Below, one piece after another: positions 1 through 13,050 of a DNA stretch of 64,000 nt (the stretch's first letter is position 1; each line of letters opens with the position of its first letter). The notes beneath the pieces were generated by a model. That model searched no databases. It was not told the origin of the DNA and saw nothing but the letters and a program-made list of their open reading frames with translations. Source of the stretch: Leucoraja erinacea. Taxonomy: Eukaryota. The translations under genes and the position numbers were made by a program. The stretch is from the NCBI RefSeq assembly GCF_028641065.1, contig NW_026576105.1:124001-188000 (forward strand). Direction: 5' to 3'.

Positions 1-339
1 GATTGGTCATAGAGCAAATTGGTCTGGCATTTATCTCCCAAGCCATTACCCCAGCGCAGACGCTGCAGTTCTGCTGATGCAAAGTGTTGAGAATGAAAAC
101 AAGGGGAAACAGCTTGAAAGGATGATTCTCAGACTCGTGTGCATCGTCCGTAGAACTCCGCAGTTGGGAAGACATTGAGAATGATAGAGGATGCTTCCAA
201 TTAAATTGTAACTGATTACGAAAAATAAAGAATCTTTCTGCTGTTAGTGCCAGCTAAGATATTTATGAGGATTATGGTTTGACTTTTGACTTGGCGGAAA
301 ATTCTGCACAATCTTTCCATAACATTATTTACAATCAAC

Positions 340-1290
340 CTACCTTGTAAACCTGCGCTGCACTCCCTCAGTTGCAAGAATGTCATTCCTCAAATTAGGG
401 GACCAAAACTGCACACAATACTCCAGGTGTGCTCTCGCTAGGGCTCTGCACAACTGCAGAAGGACCTGTTTGCTCCTATATTTGATTCCTCTTGTTATAA
501 AGGCCAACATGCCATTCGCTTTCTTCACTGTCTGCTGTTCCTGCATGCTTACTTTCATAGACTGATGTACAAGGACCCCCAGATCCCGTTGCACTTGACG
601 CAATTTAGATAATAATTTGCCTTCCTGTTTTTGCTACCAAATTGGATAACCTCACATTTATCCGCATTAAACTTCATCTGCCATGCATCTGCCCACTCCC
701 CCAACCTGTCCAAGTCACCCTGCATTCTCGTAGCATCTTCCTCACAGTTCACACTGCCATCCAGCTTTGTGTCATCTGTAAATTTGCTAATGTTACTTTG
801 AATCCCTGCATCTAAATCATTGATGTATATTGTAAATAGCTGCGGTCCCAGCACCGAGCCTTGCGGTATCCCACTAGTCACTGCCTGCCATTCAGAAAGG
901 GACCCGTTAATCCCTACTCTTTGTATCCTGTCTGCCAAAAAAATATATATCCATGTCAGTGCTCTACCGCCAATACAATGTGCCCTAATTCTGCCCACTA
1001 ATCTCCTATGTGGAACTTTATCAAATGCTTTCTGAATGGCCAGGTACATTACATCCAGTGGCTCTCCCGAGTCCATTTTCCTAAGTCCATCCTTTAAAAA
1101 ATTCCAGAAGATTAGTCAAGATTTATTTCCCCTTCGTAAGTCCATGCTGACACGGACAATCCTGTTACTACTATCCAAATACGCCGCTATTTCATCTTTT
1201 GTAATAGCTTTCGGAAGTCCAGGTACACTACATCCACTGGCTCTGCCTTCTCCATTTTCCTAGTTACATCTTCAAAAAAATTCCAGCTGA
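340..1290 (-). mobile_element. CR1/HER1-type LINE fragment (RT domain, frameshifted)
   Basis: Minus-strand ORFs with KAFDKVPH, SGIPQGSVLGPQLF, KFTDDTKL and HLEYCVQFWSP, all typical CR1 ORF2 motifs. Confidence 0.9.
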
Positions 1291-3929
1291 TTAATGAAGC
1301 ATGATTCCCCCTCGGTACCCGGACGTGGCGCCTACAGACAAGAAGCCGAAGCAAAGAAGTCGAACCCAATGAACCGAATGGAAACGAGGCCGAAACGCCA
1401 ATAAACTGCAAGAGTCCGAAGACGAAACGTCTATTAACAGAAAGGATGGGACGCCTAAATGGAAACTAACCGAAAGGGCGGGACGCCTAAAAGCCAACGA
1501 ACCGAAAAGCTGCGTCGCCTTACCGGCCCTCTGTCGGCCTCCTCCCATTGTGTGCGGGCGAGCCGGGACTACAGGCTGAGTTCCCGCGCGAGGCGCTTGT
1601 CCTCCGTCCTCGGTCTGCAGCGGGCGAACCAGGCATACTGGGCTGGTCACCAGTGATAGGCGATTGAGTTCTGGCCTAGCCGGTGATACTCTGTCGGCGG
1701 TGCGCTGCCTATGTCACATTTGGCCGCGCTTTAGCCACATTCGAAACACACGCAGGTTTGCCGTTTAATTGGTATCTGTAACTGTTCTTGTGTGCAGGAG
1801 AGAGGCTGTGTGCGGGTACTTGCTGGTCGGCGCGGACGTGATGGAGCGAATGGACAGTTTTCACTCTGTAAACTAAACTTAAGGAAACGCAATTAATGTA
1901 TTATAGTTCACTTTATAATTCGCTCTCTTCTGAAACGACTCGAGGTTAGATTGTTTTCCTTACAAAGTCATTATCGTGTAACTGAAATGTAACTAGCAGA
2001 TGGAAGAGTTGTCACCGGAAGTAAAGATAATGATATGTTTCTGTCTTCCTCTTCACACTTCTTTATTCTTCCAAGTACTTTTTAGTAAGAAAGAACAACC
2101 GATGAAAAACTATTTTGGTCTCAACATGAATCCTATTAAATCGCAGACAAAAATATATGCGGGATTGATTCGAGTTGATCAAGAGCACCTTGGTTCGCAT
2201 TGAATAATTAAAATTATTGCAACAGAATCTCTTGCTTGTTTCATATTGCTCGTGTTGACAGTGGTTCAACAACGAAGAAATATTCACCTGGTGAACTTGG
2301 ATAACACATTCCTAAGTATTAATAATTTGAGTGTTAATAATAAATAGATCTTGGACTAAATCGACTAAACCTGGTGTTTTGATTCCTGTATTGAAAGAAG
2401 TTGCGCAACTTGTAGGGGCGGGTGACGCCTCGGTAATCCGTCATGGTCAATGTGTATCTGCAACAACAGAGGTGCAGCTGTAGAAACGCTGCAGAATATG
2501 ACGGTGCCCCAATGCCTTATTTCATCGAATCTGCTTTTTAACATTAGGACCGAACTCTCTCTGCAGTACATGAATGTATGTGTATTGCTAATATTATGCC
2601 AATCTCTGTTCAGTCACCATTCAAATACACTCTACTGATTGCACCTGGCGAATTCCGTTTTGTAGAAAAATCAATAGCCTTGAACATTAAACTTATTTTT
2701 CGCCTTAAAACTGCTGCCTTGCCGCTGGAGATTTATTTTATTTTCCGTGCAATTGTACATGTTCAGTATCTGCGGTATTTTGTATTTTATTAAACTACGC
2801 CCTATTGCAGCTGGTCCAAATTCGGCGCATGTTCTGCTGTATAAGCCAAACATGCAGGGTTCAGCCATTGCCTGAAAATAAAAACTTCGTTTAAGAGCAG
2901 GCACAATCACTATTCACAATCACTGCACCTCTTCGGACTTCCTGTTAGCCATTGCGAAGTTAATATCAAACTTCCTAAACCTGGTCCAGACTCTGTCAGT
3001 TTTAGAACTTAGAACATCGAACATACAGCAAAAAACTGTTCAGTTTAGTTCATGGCCACGTGTACCAAGGTACATTGAAAAACGTGCTATCCTGTCAGGA
3101 GAAAGACAACACATGATTATAATCGAACCATTCGCAGTATTATAGATACATGATAAGGGAACATGGTTTAATGCAAGGTGAAACCAGCATAGCCCGATCA
3201 AACATTGTGCTAGGGTCAGCATTTAGATGGATCAGTTGAAGAACAGATTCTTAGTTCACAATGGTCGTGTCTACCCGATACCAAGAGCAGCTCCGATATA
3301 CCTGCGCGTGACCAATATCCTTCCATTCCCTGCAGATTCATATATCCATCCAAAACTATTTTACATTCTACTATCGTATCCGCCTTAACCAGCAGCGCGT
3401 TATAAACACTCGCCACACTCTGTCTAAAATGTTGCGCCGCACATTTTCTTTAAATGTTGCCCTTCTATAGCATAAAGCTGTGCCCTCTTCGATACATTGT
3501 TTCCATTCTGGGAAAATCAAAGTTCTGACAATCTACCGTGTCTCATAAGTTTACATAACTCAACCAGGTCTCCCCGCAATCTCCGACGTTCCAGAGGGAT
3601 AAAAATCCAAATATGACCAATCTCTCCCTGTATCTAATACCCGCTAATCCAGCCACCATGCGCAACTGAGCAACTGCGGCTGTAAAACTCGCTGTTCTTA
3701 TTAATTTCTCCATCTTGCTGAATTGGCAAAGTCATTCACTAATGGCCTTGTTGCCGGTCACCAGTTTGTGCAGCGTTGTAGTTTAGTTAATTTACATAAG
3801 TTTGGTGGAGTTAAAGTAACCTAAACAAATACAATTACAAAAACAATACTAAACAAAAAAAAAAAAAGAATGACCAGTTGCACTACACCCACTGACTCTC
3901 CCTTGTCCATTTTCCGACTACCATCCTTA

Positions 3930-4445
3930 AACAAAATCCAGAAGATTAGTCAAGTATTATGTCCCCTTCGTAAACCCATGCTGACTCGGACCGATCCTGT
4001 TACTGCTATCCAAATGTGCCGCTAGTTCGTCTTTTATAATTGATTCCAGCATCTTCCCCACCACCGATGTCAGGCTAACTGGTCTATAATTCTCTGTTTT
4101 ATCTCTCCCGCCTTTCTTAAACAGTGGGAAAACATTAACTACCCTCCAATCCACAGGAACCGATCCTGAATCTATAGAACATTGGAAAATTATCGCCAAT
4201 GCAACCACGATTTCTAGAGCCATTTCCTTAAGTACCCTGGGATGCAGACTATCAGACCTTAGGGATTTATCAGCCTTCAGTCCCATCAGTCAACCCAACA
4301 CCATTTCATGCCTGATGTGGATTTCCTTCAGTTCCTCCGTTAACCCAGATCCTCTGGCCACTAGTGATGACAGATCCAAAGTAACTGTTCAACTAGTCTG
4401 CCATTTTCTTGTTCCCCGTAATAAATTCACTTTTTTCAGTCTTCT
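3930..4445 (-). mobile_element. CR1-type LINE ORF2 fragment
   Basis: ORF with PLFKKGGRDKTENYRPVSLTSVVGKMLESII. Confidence 0.85.
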
Positions 4446-4464
4446 AGGACCCAGTCTTCAAGGA

Positions 4465-6857
4465 TGTAGTTGCGGCAGGTACTGTCGCAACGTTTAAGAA
4501 ATAATGCGACAGGTACATGGATAAGATATGTTAAGATGAATGTGGGCCACTCGTAGGCAGGCGTGGTGTGCAGATGGGGTGCATTGGTCATCGTGGGCAG
4601 GTTGTGCCGGAGGACTATTTTTCACGCTGTATGACACTAGAACACTATGCCAAGATCGAAGAACAACAAATCACCTTCCGCTTGTGCAAGGCACAAGTTT
4701 CGGGATTAACATCCGAGTCTTCAACTTTACTAAATCTCTCTTCCGGCCCATTTGGAAGAAAATTCGGCATATCGACGCCTGTCTTGATTATATTGCCTCT
4801 CGGTGTAGGGGGCACAACTTGGCATGTCTACTCACGACATCGTTCGCTCTAGTGAATTGAAAAATCCTGACCTATACAGTCTCTCTCGGAATTGAACATC
4901 TCCAGTCCTGGCAAACACTTTGTCATTAATACTCTGCCACTCCCCAGATTCATGGTAATATCGCTAACATATTGCGATCTGGGGAACATCGCACGTGCAG
5001 TCTCGCCAACGTTCCAGACCAGATTGTTAAACTCCACTTATACCCAACTGCGTGCGACTCCTGCAGTGAAATAAGTCCACACCTCCAGCTGGCTGAGGGA
5101 AACAAATCCTACCATCCACATTCAAATTGACTCGTTGCATTCGTTGCAAGGAAATTGTTCATGAACAAGATGGAGAAAAGGCCATGTCTCTGTGCTCCGT
5201 AACATGCAACTACCACTTACAGTGAGAGTTGGTTCAATATACCTGCCCCTCCCGCGAGGGAGAGTTGGCGCTATGTCCCTTTAAATATTTACAGTCTCAT
5301 TTTAGACTCTTGCTCTCTTTTAGAGACCTACATCAGAGGAACAAAATAAAATACCTCAACTGATCACTTTGTCATATTTTAACCCTCCACAACTACTCAG
5401 GATTTTGTTCGCAGCAGAGGGATAAGGCTTCTGCATTAGCCAGTCCATCTCACAATTCACACTCTCCAATATTAGTACCATTCTTATGAATAGAGTTGCA
5501 TACTTAAATGGATCCTAAATACATTATTTCGAAAAATAATATCCCTCCTCCTGTGGTGTACTGCTCTGAAGTTGTTGTCAGTGAATTGCTTAGGTCGAGT
5601 GCAGCAAACATGACATTTGTTTCTTTGGTCAAGACTTTCTTCAGGATGATCTATCCCCAAACATTTACAGCCGGTGCGATTCTCCTTAACCGATTCAATC
5701 ACCTTGTACATCAACATTCTTGATATCTCCAACGGATCATTGAATTGGGAAGATTTCGCCCTAATATCTGGAATAACATCAAATGCTGTTCACCTCTGTG
5801 TTTTATGAATTAACACATTTCTTTAAAGATAATCTGTTGATCAAGAATATTTCTAGCCGTTGTATATTTACAGCCAGTTATCACATTACACATTATATTC
5901 GCTTATTCTTTACTTCATGTAGTGGCAACAGTTGAAATACATTAATGCTGCTGTTGTAGCTGAATTGTATACGATGGCGTCTAGAAGGTTCCCTGTGGTT
6001 TACATTATTTAGACCCTGCCAAAAAACGATTATCTTTCCGTTTGAAAGGCAGCTCCACGTATAATGCAAGATGAAATTATTAATGGGTGCATATTAAATG
6101 ATGGGAACGGTGTCTGGAAAATGCATTGCAAATTCGACAAATCATATACTGTATTACATCGTAGCTTGTGTGGATAAATGATACATGACACGAATTTTGC
6201 TGCATCTGTGTGCCACGCGTTAAAAGTTAAAAATAGAATGTTCACTCGTATTTTACAGTTCCTTAGTTCTGTTGGTGCTCAGCTGGTGCCTGAGTAGTGA
6301 GCGGTCGCATAATGAGTTTGATCGCTTTGCATCACCTGGGAGCAAACTACTTGTTCAACGGTCCACAATAAATGTCCGCGGGGAGGTGAACGCACGCAGT
6401 CCTTAAGTTTTTTCTAAGAATATAAATATAGCGCTGTTTGACTTCTCACTTTGACTCCTATAAGTTTTGCACTGCATAACTGCGGACGGCTTGAAGGAAA
6501 AATGAGTTGGAAGCGGCATTTGGAAGTTGAATATTATTATTATCCAATTCTAGCAGCTATCGGAGTACCTGGTAGGTCAAGGGAACGCTGTAAGTGGGAC
6601 TGAGATGTGGGATGATGTGTTGATATAGACAATGTCAAAGGTAAAGTGTAAATAGTGTGCGAAACACGGGAATGCTAGACTGCATTCTTCAGGTTAGGGC
6701 GGTATTAACTAGAAAATGTTTGTTTAAGAAATTACTGCAGTTGCTGGCGATAATCGAATCTAGACAAACATGCTGGAGAATTAGACAGCGGGTGAAGCGG
6801 CATCTAGGAAGCGAAAGAATAGGTGACGTTTCGGGTCGAGACTGATCAGTCTGAAGA
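4465..6857. repeat. Segmental duplication copy A (upstream region, exon 1 and start of intron of GPCR-1)
   Basis: Colinear high similarity by eye to 19936-21931; copy B lacks roughly 4725-5085. Confidence 0.9.
6421..6428 (+). promoter_or_regulatory. Putative TATA box of GPCR-1
   Basis: TATAAATA about 80 bp upstream of the ATG. The same motif sits upstream of the orphan exon (21496) and GPCR-4 (49974); CATAAATA at 35460 for GPCR-3. Confidence 0.5.
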
Positions 6858-9668
6858 AGGGTCTCGACCCGAAACGTCACCTATTCCTTTGTTAAGCTAA
6901 TTCATCGTTGGTCGTTCATTGGATCTGGCACAGGTTAATTCTCTTCAGATTCAGGTTTAGGTGCATTGTTGTCATGTCTCTCCGGGAGCTGCAAAAAGCT
7001 ATGGTTTGCAAGAAATCAAAATTAGATCAAATAATATTGAATAACAGTACAAACAATTCAATCTCAGTAACAGGTTGTGTAAAAGGGGAAATCGGAGTGC
7101 AGAGCGTAGTTCAAGTTTGGGAGCGCTCTGCAGCGTATCACATCCACAAAGCCCAATTTCCGCAAGGGGATATAGGTGAAACGGCAATGCCCTGGCATAT
7201 GGAAGAGCGGCTCAGAAGCCTGAGAACAGAGGGGAAAGAGCTGTTCTGGAGTCTGGTGGAGCGAGCTTTAAGCCTTCTCCATTTTCTGCCCGACGAGAGC
7301 AGGAAGTAGAAGGAATGAGCGGGGTGAAACATGTCTCCGTGTCCAAGGGATTGTGAAGTGCGAACGCAGTCAACAGTGCGGAGTCCATTTCGTGATATGG
7401 ACCCGGCGTCTTCCAGAACCCTGTGCAATTTATTCTTTATAGGGCACAAGCTTTGTGCGGCACCGTTGTTGAGAATTATTGTGGTAGGGTGTTACCACTA
7501 ATTCTCTCGGTTTATCCTTTAGGAAGTTGAGTATCCATTCGCAAGCTGGTGCACTGATCGCTGGGCTCTGGGGTTTATCAATGGGTTTGGATGGGAGTAG
7601 TGTTGAAGGCAAGTTCTCCAGCGGAGATTGGGAATCCGACTTTCGACTCCTTGTTGCCCGGCTGTTCCCGGGAAGGGTTTAGGTCCAGGACGATGGCGTC
7701 TGATGCGGACATGTTGCTGCAATATGCAGTCTGCGGTGCAACAAGTGTGGCTGGGAGACAGCTCACGCTGCCTGCGTAGACCGCTGCTAATTAATCCGCA
7801 CAGCTCCTTGGCAAGCACCCAGGTTTGCATGTGGGCAGTTGTTTTCGAACAAATAAGCAAAGCGTAACCCAAGGTTACACAAAAAAAGCTGGAGAAACTC
7901 AGCGGGTGCAGCAGCATCTAAGGAGCGAAGGAAATAGGCAACGTTTCGGGCCGAAACCCTTCTTCAGACTGATCGGGGGCGCGGGTGGGTGGGGACAAGA
8001 AAGGGAAAATTCTTCCCTTCCCTCTCGGTCCACCCCCTCCCCGGGCACTTTCCCTTGCAACCGCAAGAGATGCAACACTTGTCCCTTTACCTCCCCCCTC
8101 GACTCCGTTCAAGGACCCAATCAATCGTTCCAGGTGCGACCGCTGCTCTAGATGTCAGCAGATCTATATCGGCGAGACCAAGCGGAGGTTGGGCGATCGT
8201 TTCGCCGAACACCTCCGCTCGGTCCGCAATAACCAAGCTGACCTCCCGGTGGCTCAGCACTTCAACTCCCCCTCCCACTCCGCCTCCGACCTCTCTGTCC
8301 TGGGTCTCCTCCATGGCCACAGCGAGCAGCACCGGAAATTGGAGGAACAGCACCTCATATTCCGTTTGGGGAGTCTGCACCCCGGGGGCATGAACATCGA
8401 ATTCTCCCAATTTTGTTAGTCCTTGCTGTCTCCTCCCCTTCCTCAGCCCCCCTGCTGTCTCCTCCCATCCCCCAGCCTTCTGGCTACTCCTCCTTTTCCC
8501 TTTCTTGTCCCCACCCACCCCCGCCCCCGATCAGTCTGAAGAAGGGTTTCGGCCCGAAAAGTTGCCTATTTCCTTCGCTCCATAGATGCTGCTGCACCCG
8601 CTGAGTTTCTTCAGCTTTTTTGTGTAACCTTCGATTCTCCAGCATCTGCAGTTCCCTCTGAAACAAAGCGTAACCCAAGTTTGAACCCCGCCTCCAAAAT
8701 TGCATCACGTGTCCCTTACATGTAACTACAGTTTCCTCTTTTCTACACCCGCAGTGAACTTGCTGGCAATTGTGATCCTGTCGCGCAGAAATTGTGGTCT
8801 CTCCAAATGCACCACTCGGTACCTGGTGGCCATGGCGACTGTGGACCTCACGGTGATCGTCTGCGAAGTGATATTACATCGGATTGCCGACCTTTACTGG
8901 GTGAACACATTCCTCTTACACAATACTGTGTGCAGGTCCATTATGTTCCTCGCTCCCGCGGCCGTTGCCTGTTCTGTTTGGCTCACGGTCGCTTTCACAT
9001 TTGATCGCTTTGTGGCCATTTCCACTCAGAATCTGAGAACCAGATACTGCACCGAGAGAACCGCGCTGGTGGTTATAGTGACCCTAACTGCGTTCTTCTG
9101 TTTACAGAACGTCCCCTGGCCTTTTGCGTACATTTATTATCTCAGGGATCAGCAGGGTATACAGTGGGGTTGCCAAATACGATATCAGTTTTATAGCCTA
9201 TCCTCGTGGATAGCATTTTCCTGGACTCAACAGCTGGTAGTCCCAGTCATTCCATTTTGTTTGATTATGATGATGAACGTGCTCACAGTCAGACGCATTT
9301 TAGTGGCCAGTCGTGTCCGCAGAAAACTCCGTGATCTCAGTGGTGAGGACCCCGAGATCGCAAACCGTAGACGGTCCGTAATTTTACTCCTTGCAATCTC
9401 CAGCAGTTTTATGCTGCTCTGGGGCACAACTGTAGTATATTTCGTTTTCTATCGAATTACGAATGCATTTATGTTCAGGGGGTTGAGGAACCGATTTGCA
9501 ACATTTGAACAAACTGGAATTCTGCTACAACTGTTGAACACCTGCACAAACACACTCATTTACACCGTGACCCAGGGGAGGTTCAGAGAGCATCTGTTCC
9601 AGGTACTCATGTACCCCTTCACCCTAACTGTAAGTTTAATAAAATCGAGAAACCCGGGGGTAAAATAA
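6502..9668 (+). CDS. GPCR-1: GPR139-like class A 7TM receptor, 2 exons (6502-6571, 8755-9668), about 327 aa
   Basis: Exon 1 MSWKRHLEVEYYYYPILAAIGVP-G|gtaggt, acceptor cccgcag|TG, in frame. Family motifs NLLAIVILSRRNCGLSKCTTRYLVAMA, SVWLTVAFTFDRFVAI, DPEIANRRRSVILL, NTLIY. Confidence 0.92.
6720..6890. mobile_element. Penelope-derived palindromic terminal-repeat remnant with hammerhead-like core
   Basis: Inverted arms aggtgacgtttcgggtcgagac / gtctcgacccgaaacgtcacct; CTGAAGA...GAAACGTC at 6851-6878. Confidence 0.7.
7874..8663 (+). mobile_element. Penelope-like element fragment (GIY-YIG endonuclease) with inverted terminal repeat and 16-bp TSD, in the GPCR-1 intron
   Basis: ORF CSRCQQIYIGETKRRLGDRFAEH...VAQHFN...EEQHLIFRLGSLHPGGMNIEF. 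About 135-bp inverted repeat (7872-8009 vs 8494-8629). Flanking direct repeat CAAAGCGTAACCCAAG at 7858-7873 and 8664-8679. Confidence 0.9.
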
Positions 9669-10105
9669 CATTACATTACTAATCCCACCGTGAGTCAGTG
9701 CAGAAACTAGGTAATGAAGGAGTTTTGTCTGAAGGCTTTCCGCATCAATTTTCAAAAACAGAGCTGAGAAATACATTCTGAACGCGTCCCCTGCACGGGA
9801 ATGCACATTTAGCCATCTATTTAACATGCAACACGTGCGCGTTGTTCAAAGTGCCCAGTGGGAAGGGCGGCCATGTGGAACCGAGTGCTATGCTGTACTG
9901 TAGCAGACCTCCAATGACTCCGGAATTGAGCCTCGCCGTTAAATGTTTCCACCTTCCTTTGAATCCAGCGGCAACGTCTCCAGCACGCAATGAAAACAGA
10001 CATAGAGTTATGGTCCTAAACATTGCATGCTCCATTATTCTACAATTCTTTGAGCCGTTCAATGGATACGTATGTAAATGCCCGGTGCACCAATGTGTTT
10101 AATAA

Positions 10106-11125
10106 AATTCTTGCTGCAACATTTACGTTAATGAGAGTTCAATTTTATATTTGTTTCTCGCACTGAATGTAATGCCTCATTGCTTCTTACAGGTCCTTCG
10201 GCTTTCAGTATAATTAGTAATTCTGCACCAGATGCAGCCAAAGGTAGTGGGTGCCGTTGAAACAAGTTGGCATTACTAACTATATTTTTTTAATGGAAGC
10301 AGAGTGTCACAAGCTAGTGTCTAGTAGAGGGCTGTAAGGTGAGTAAGTACAATTCTTCCTGCAACATTTCAATTCAATTCAATTCAATTCAATTCAACTT
10401 TATTGTCATTGCACAGATACAAGTACGGGTACAACGAAATGCAGTTTAGCGTCAGTCCGTAGTAATAGTGCAATATAGAAATAAAAATACAGAATAAGCA
10501 AACAATGTGGACGGAGAGACTGGAGAAATCTATCGGCGGGACTCCGAGTTCAGCAATGTGATAGTGTTGTTGTAGAAGCTGTTCCTCATCCTACTAGTAC
10601 GAGACCCGAGGCTCCTGTACCGCCTCCCTGATGGGAGGAGGTGAAACAGTCCATGGTTAGGGTGGGATGGGGTCTTTGATGAACTTCCCGGTCCGTCTCA
10701 GACACCGTTTTCGGTGCAGGGCATCCATGGCAGGGAGCGGGGCACCGATGATGTACTGAGCGGTTTTCACCACCCGTTGTAGTGCCTTCCTGTCCGCTAT
10801 GGTGCAACTGCTGTACCATACCGTGAAGCAGGTGGTCAGGATGCTTTCGATAGTACAGCGGTAAAAGTTGGTCAGGATCTGACCAACTTTACATTACGTT
10901 AATGAGAGTTCCATTTTATATTTGTTTCTCGCACTGAATGTAATGCCTCGTCGCTTCTTACAGAGGCTTTCGGTTTTCAGTACAATTAGTATTTCAGTAT
11001 CAGATGCAGCCAAAGGTCGTGAGTGGGTGTTATTCATACAAGTTGGCATTACTAATTATATTTTTAATGCAAGCAATGAGTAACAAGTGAGTGTCCAGTA
11101 GAGGGCGGTAAAGTGAGTAAGTTCA
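10106..11125. repeat. Tandem duplication of about 245 bp interrupted by a LINE
   Basis: 10106-10350 is similar to 10351-10368 plus 10891-11125. Confidence 0.85.
10369..10890 (-). mobile_element. Rex1/Babar-type LINE 3' fragment with (TTGAA)n tail
   Basis: Microsatellite tail at 10368-10396; degenerate C-terminal RT-associated coding sequence like 59630-61440; flanked by ACATT direct repeat. Confidence 0.75.
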
Positions 11126-11974
11126 CCTGTGTGGTAAAGATATGCTGAATCGATTTGCATTAATGTCCCACCTCCATTGATGCAGCGCCGACGCTGGAGC
11201 TCTGCCTATTGGAGATTCGAGTGTGTGCTCACAGTCGGATTTATGTGCTCCTGCAGGGCAAGGAAATGTGAGAAATTCATTAATTTATTTTCTTCACCGA
11301 TGGCGGCTGAGATTTGTATAGCTCCAAATTTGAGTTGAGTACTCTCTCTCCAAATCCTCCGCTCCCGACGCGGTAACGATTACATTTTTACATATGCTGA
11401 TTGACATTTTCCCTCTCGAGGCCGAAAATACCTTCGCTGAACATGTTATGCTTTATTTCTCGACATTACTGATTAAAGTAAAAAAAAAAAATCAAAAGAC
11501 TGAATTGAAAACGACTAGCTTCTACTGATGACGTCACAATGGCTCGGCTAGCAGTGATCAGCTTCACTTACGTTCGGGAACGGCTTGAGTTGGGGGACCA
11601 CGCCTCCTGTGGGGGCTACGGGTAGGGAACGGGTGCGTTGGGGGAGCAGACCCTATCGTAGCCTCTCATAACGTTATATACTTCAACCAGATCTTCCTGC
11701 AATCTCCGACATTCCAGAGGGAAAGGATCCAAAAATGACCAATCTCTCCCTGCACCGCTAATCCAGCACCATTCCGGTAAATGAGCAACTGCGACTCTAA
11801 AACACGATGTTCTCATTAAAGGTGTCCATCTTGCATAGTTGGCAAATACATTCACTAATGGCTGTATTACTGGTCACCAATTCGTACAGCGTGCTAGTTT
11901 AGTTAGTTTACATTAGTTCATGATAGGTGTCTACAGGGTAGACTGTCCAAACTTTGATTTTCCCAACGGTCGGT

Positions 11975-12375
11975 TCTACCCGGGACGGCTGGTCTGGCAG
12001 ATGTTGAAACAATGGAGTGACTGGGCTTGTATATATTGGAATTATTGAGGGTTTGGACACGCTCGATGCAGGAAACATGTTCCCGATGTTGGGGGAAGTC
12101 CAGAACCAGGTCCACGGTTTAATAATAAGGGGTAAGCCATTTAGATGGAGATGCCGAAACAAATGTTCACACATAGAGTACTGAGTCTGTGGAGGCCGGT
12201 TCTCTGGATACTGTCAAGAGAGAGCTAGATAGGTCTCTTAAAGATAGTGGAGTCAGGGGAAAAGGGGAGAAGACAGGAACGGGGTACTGATTGTGGATGA
12301 TCAACCTTGATCACATTGAATGGCGGTGGTGGCTCGAAGGGCCGAATGGCCTACTCCTGCACTTATTGTCTATTG
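11975..12375 (+). mobile_element. CR1/HER1 LINE 3' end
   Basis: Same 3' UTR (ggctcgaagggccgaatggcctactcctgc) as the many other copies. Confidence 0.8.
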
Positions 12376-12609
12376 AAAAGAAGCTTATCAGCTAATTTCC
12401 AACTGTATCATATCTGCAGGACCTTCTCTCTCCGCTTCCAGACCCATACACTAATTTATTGCACAAACACATGTGTTACTTTTTAAGCTAGGGTGCTCAA
12501 CATTTGCAAGTAAATTAACAGGCACAACCCTCGGTAACGTGCAGGAATGTTTCGCGGAACACCTCCGCTAAATTCGCATAAAACTGCATGATCTCCCCTT
12601 GCTAAATAG

Positions 12610-13050
12610 CCTACAACTTATTCTTAAACTGTGGTCCCTAGGCCTGGACCCTCTCATATCGGGAACATGGTTCCTGCCTCCAACCTGTCCAATCCTTTAA
12701 TAATCTTTTATGTTTCAAAAAGACCCCCTCTCATCCTACTAAATTCCAGTGTACACAAGACCAGCCGCTCCATTATATCCGCATATGATAGTCCCGCCGT
12801 CCCGGGAATTAACCTCGTGAACCTACGGTGCACTCCTTCAATAGCAAGAATGTCGCTCCTCAAATCTGGAGACCAAAACTGCACACGATACTCGTGGTGT
12901 GGCCTCACTAGGGCCCTGTACAACTGCAGAATGGCCTCTTTACTCCAATACCCAATTCCTCTTGGTATGAAGGCCAACGTGCAATTAGATTTCTTCCCTG
13001 CCTGCTGTACCCGCATGCTTATTTTCAGTGAGTGATGAACAAGGACACCA
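12610..13050 (-). mobile_element. CR1 LINE fragment
   Basis: ORF LYRALVRPHHEYRVQFWSP. Confidence 0.85.

Noticed and set aside
8700-8754. ORF-track N-termini of the GPCRs and Vs (8700, 36600, 16217 etc.)
   Set aside because: These are intronic read-through; the true starts are in the spliced first exons
11529-11536. Perfect CRE TGACGTCA
   Set aside because: Isolated 8-mer, not near any identified start, and next to repeat-like sequence
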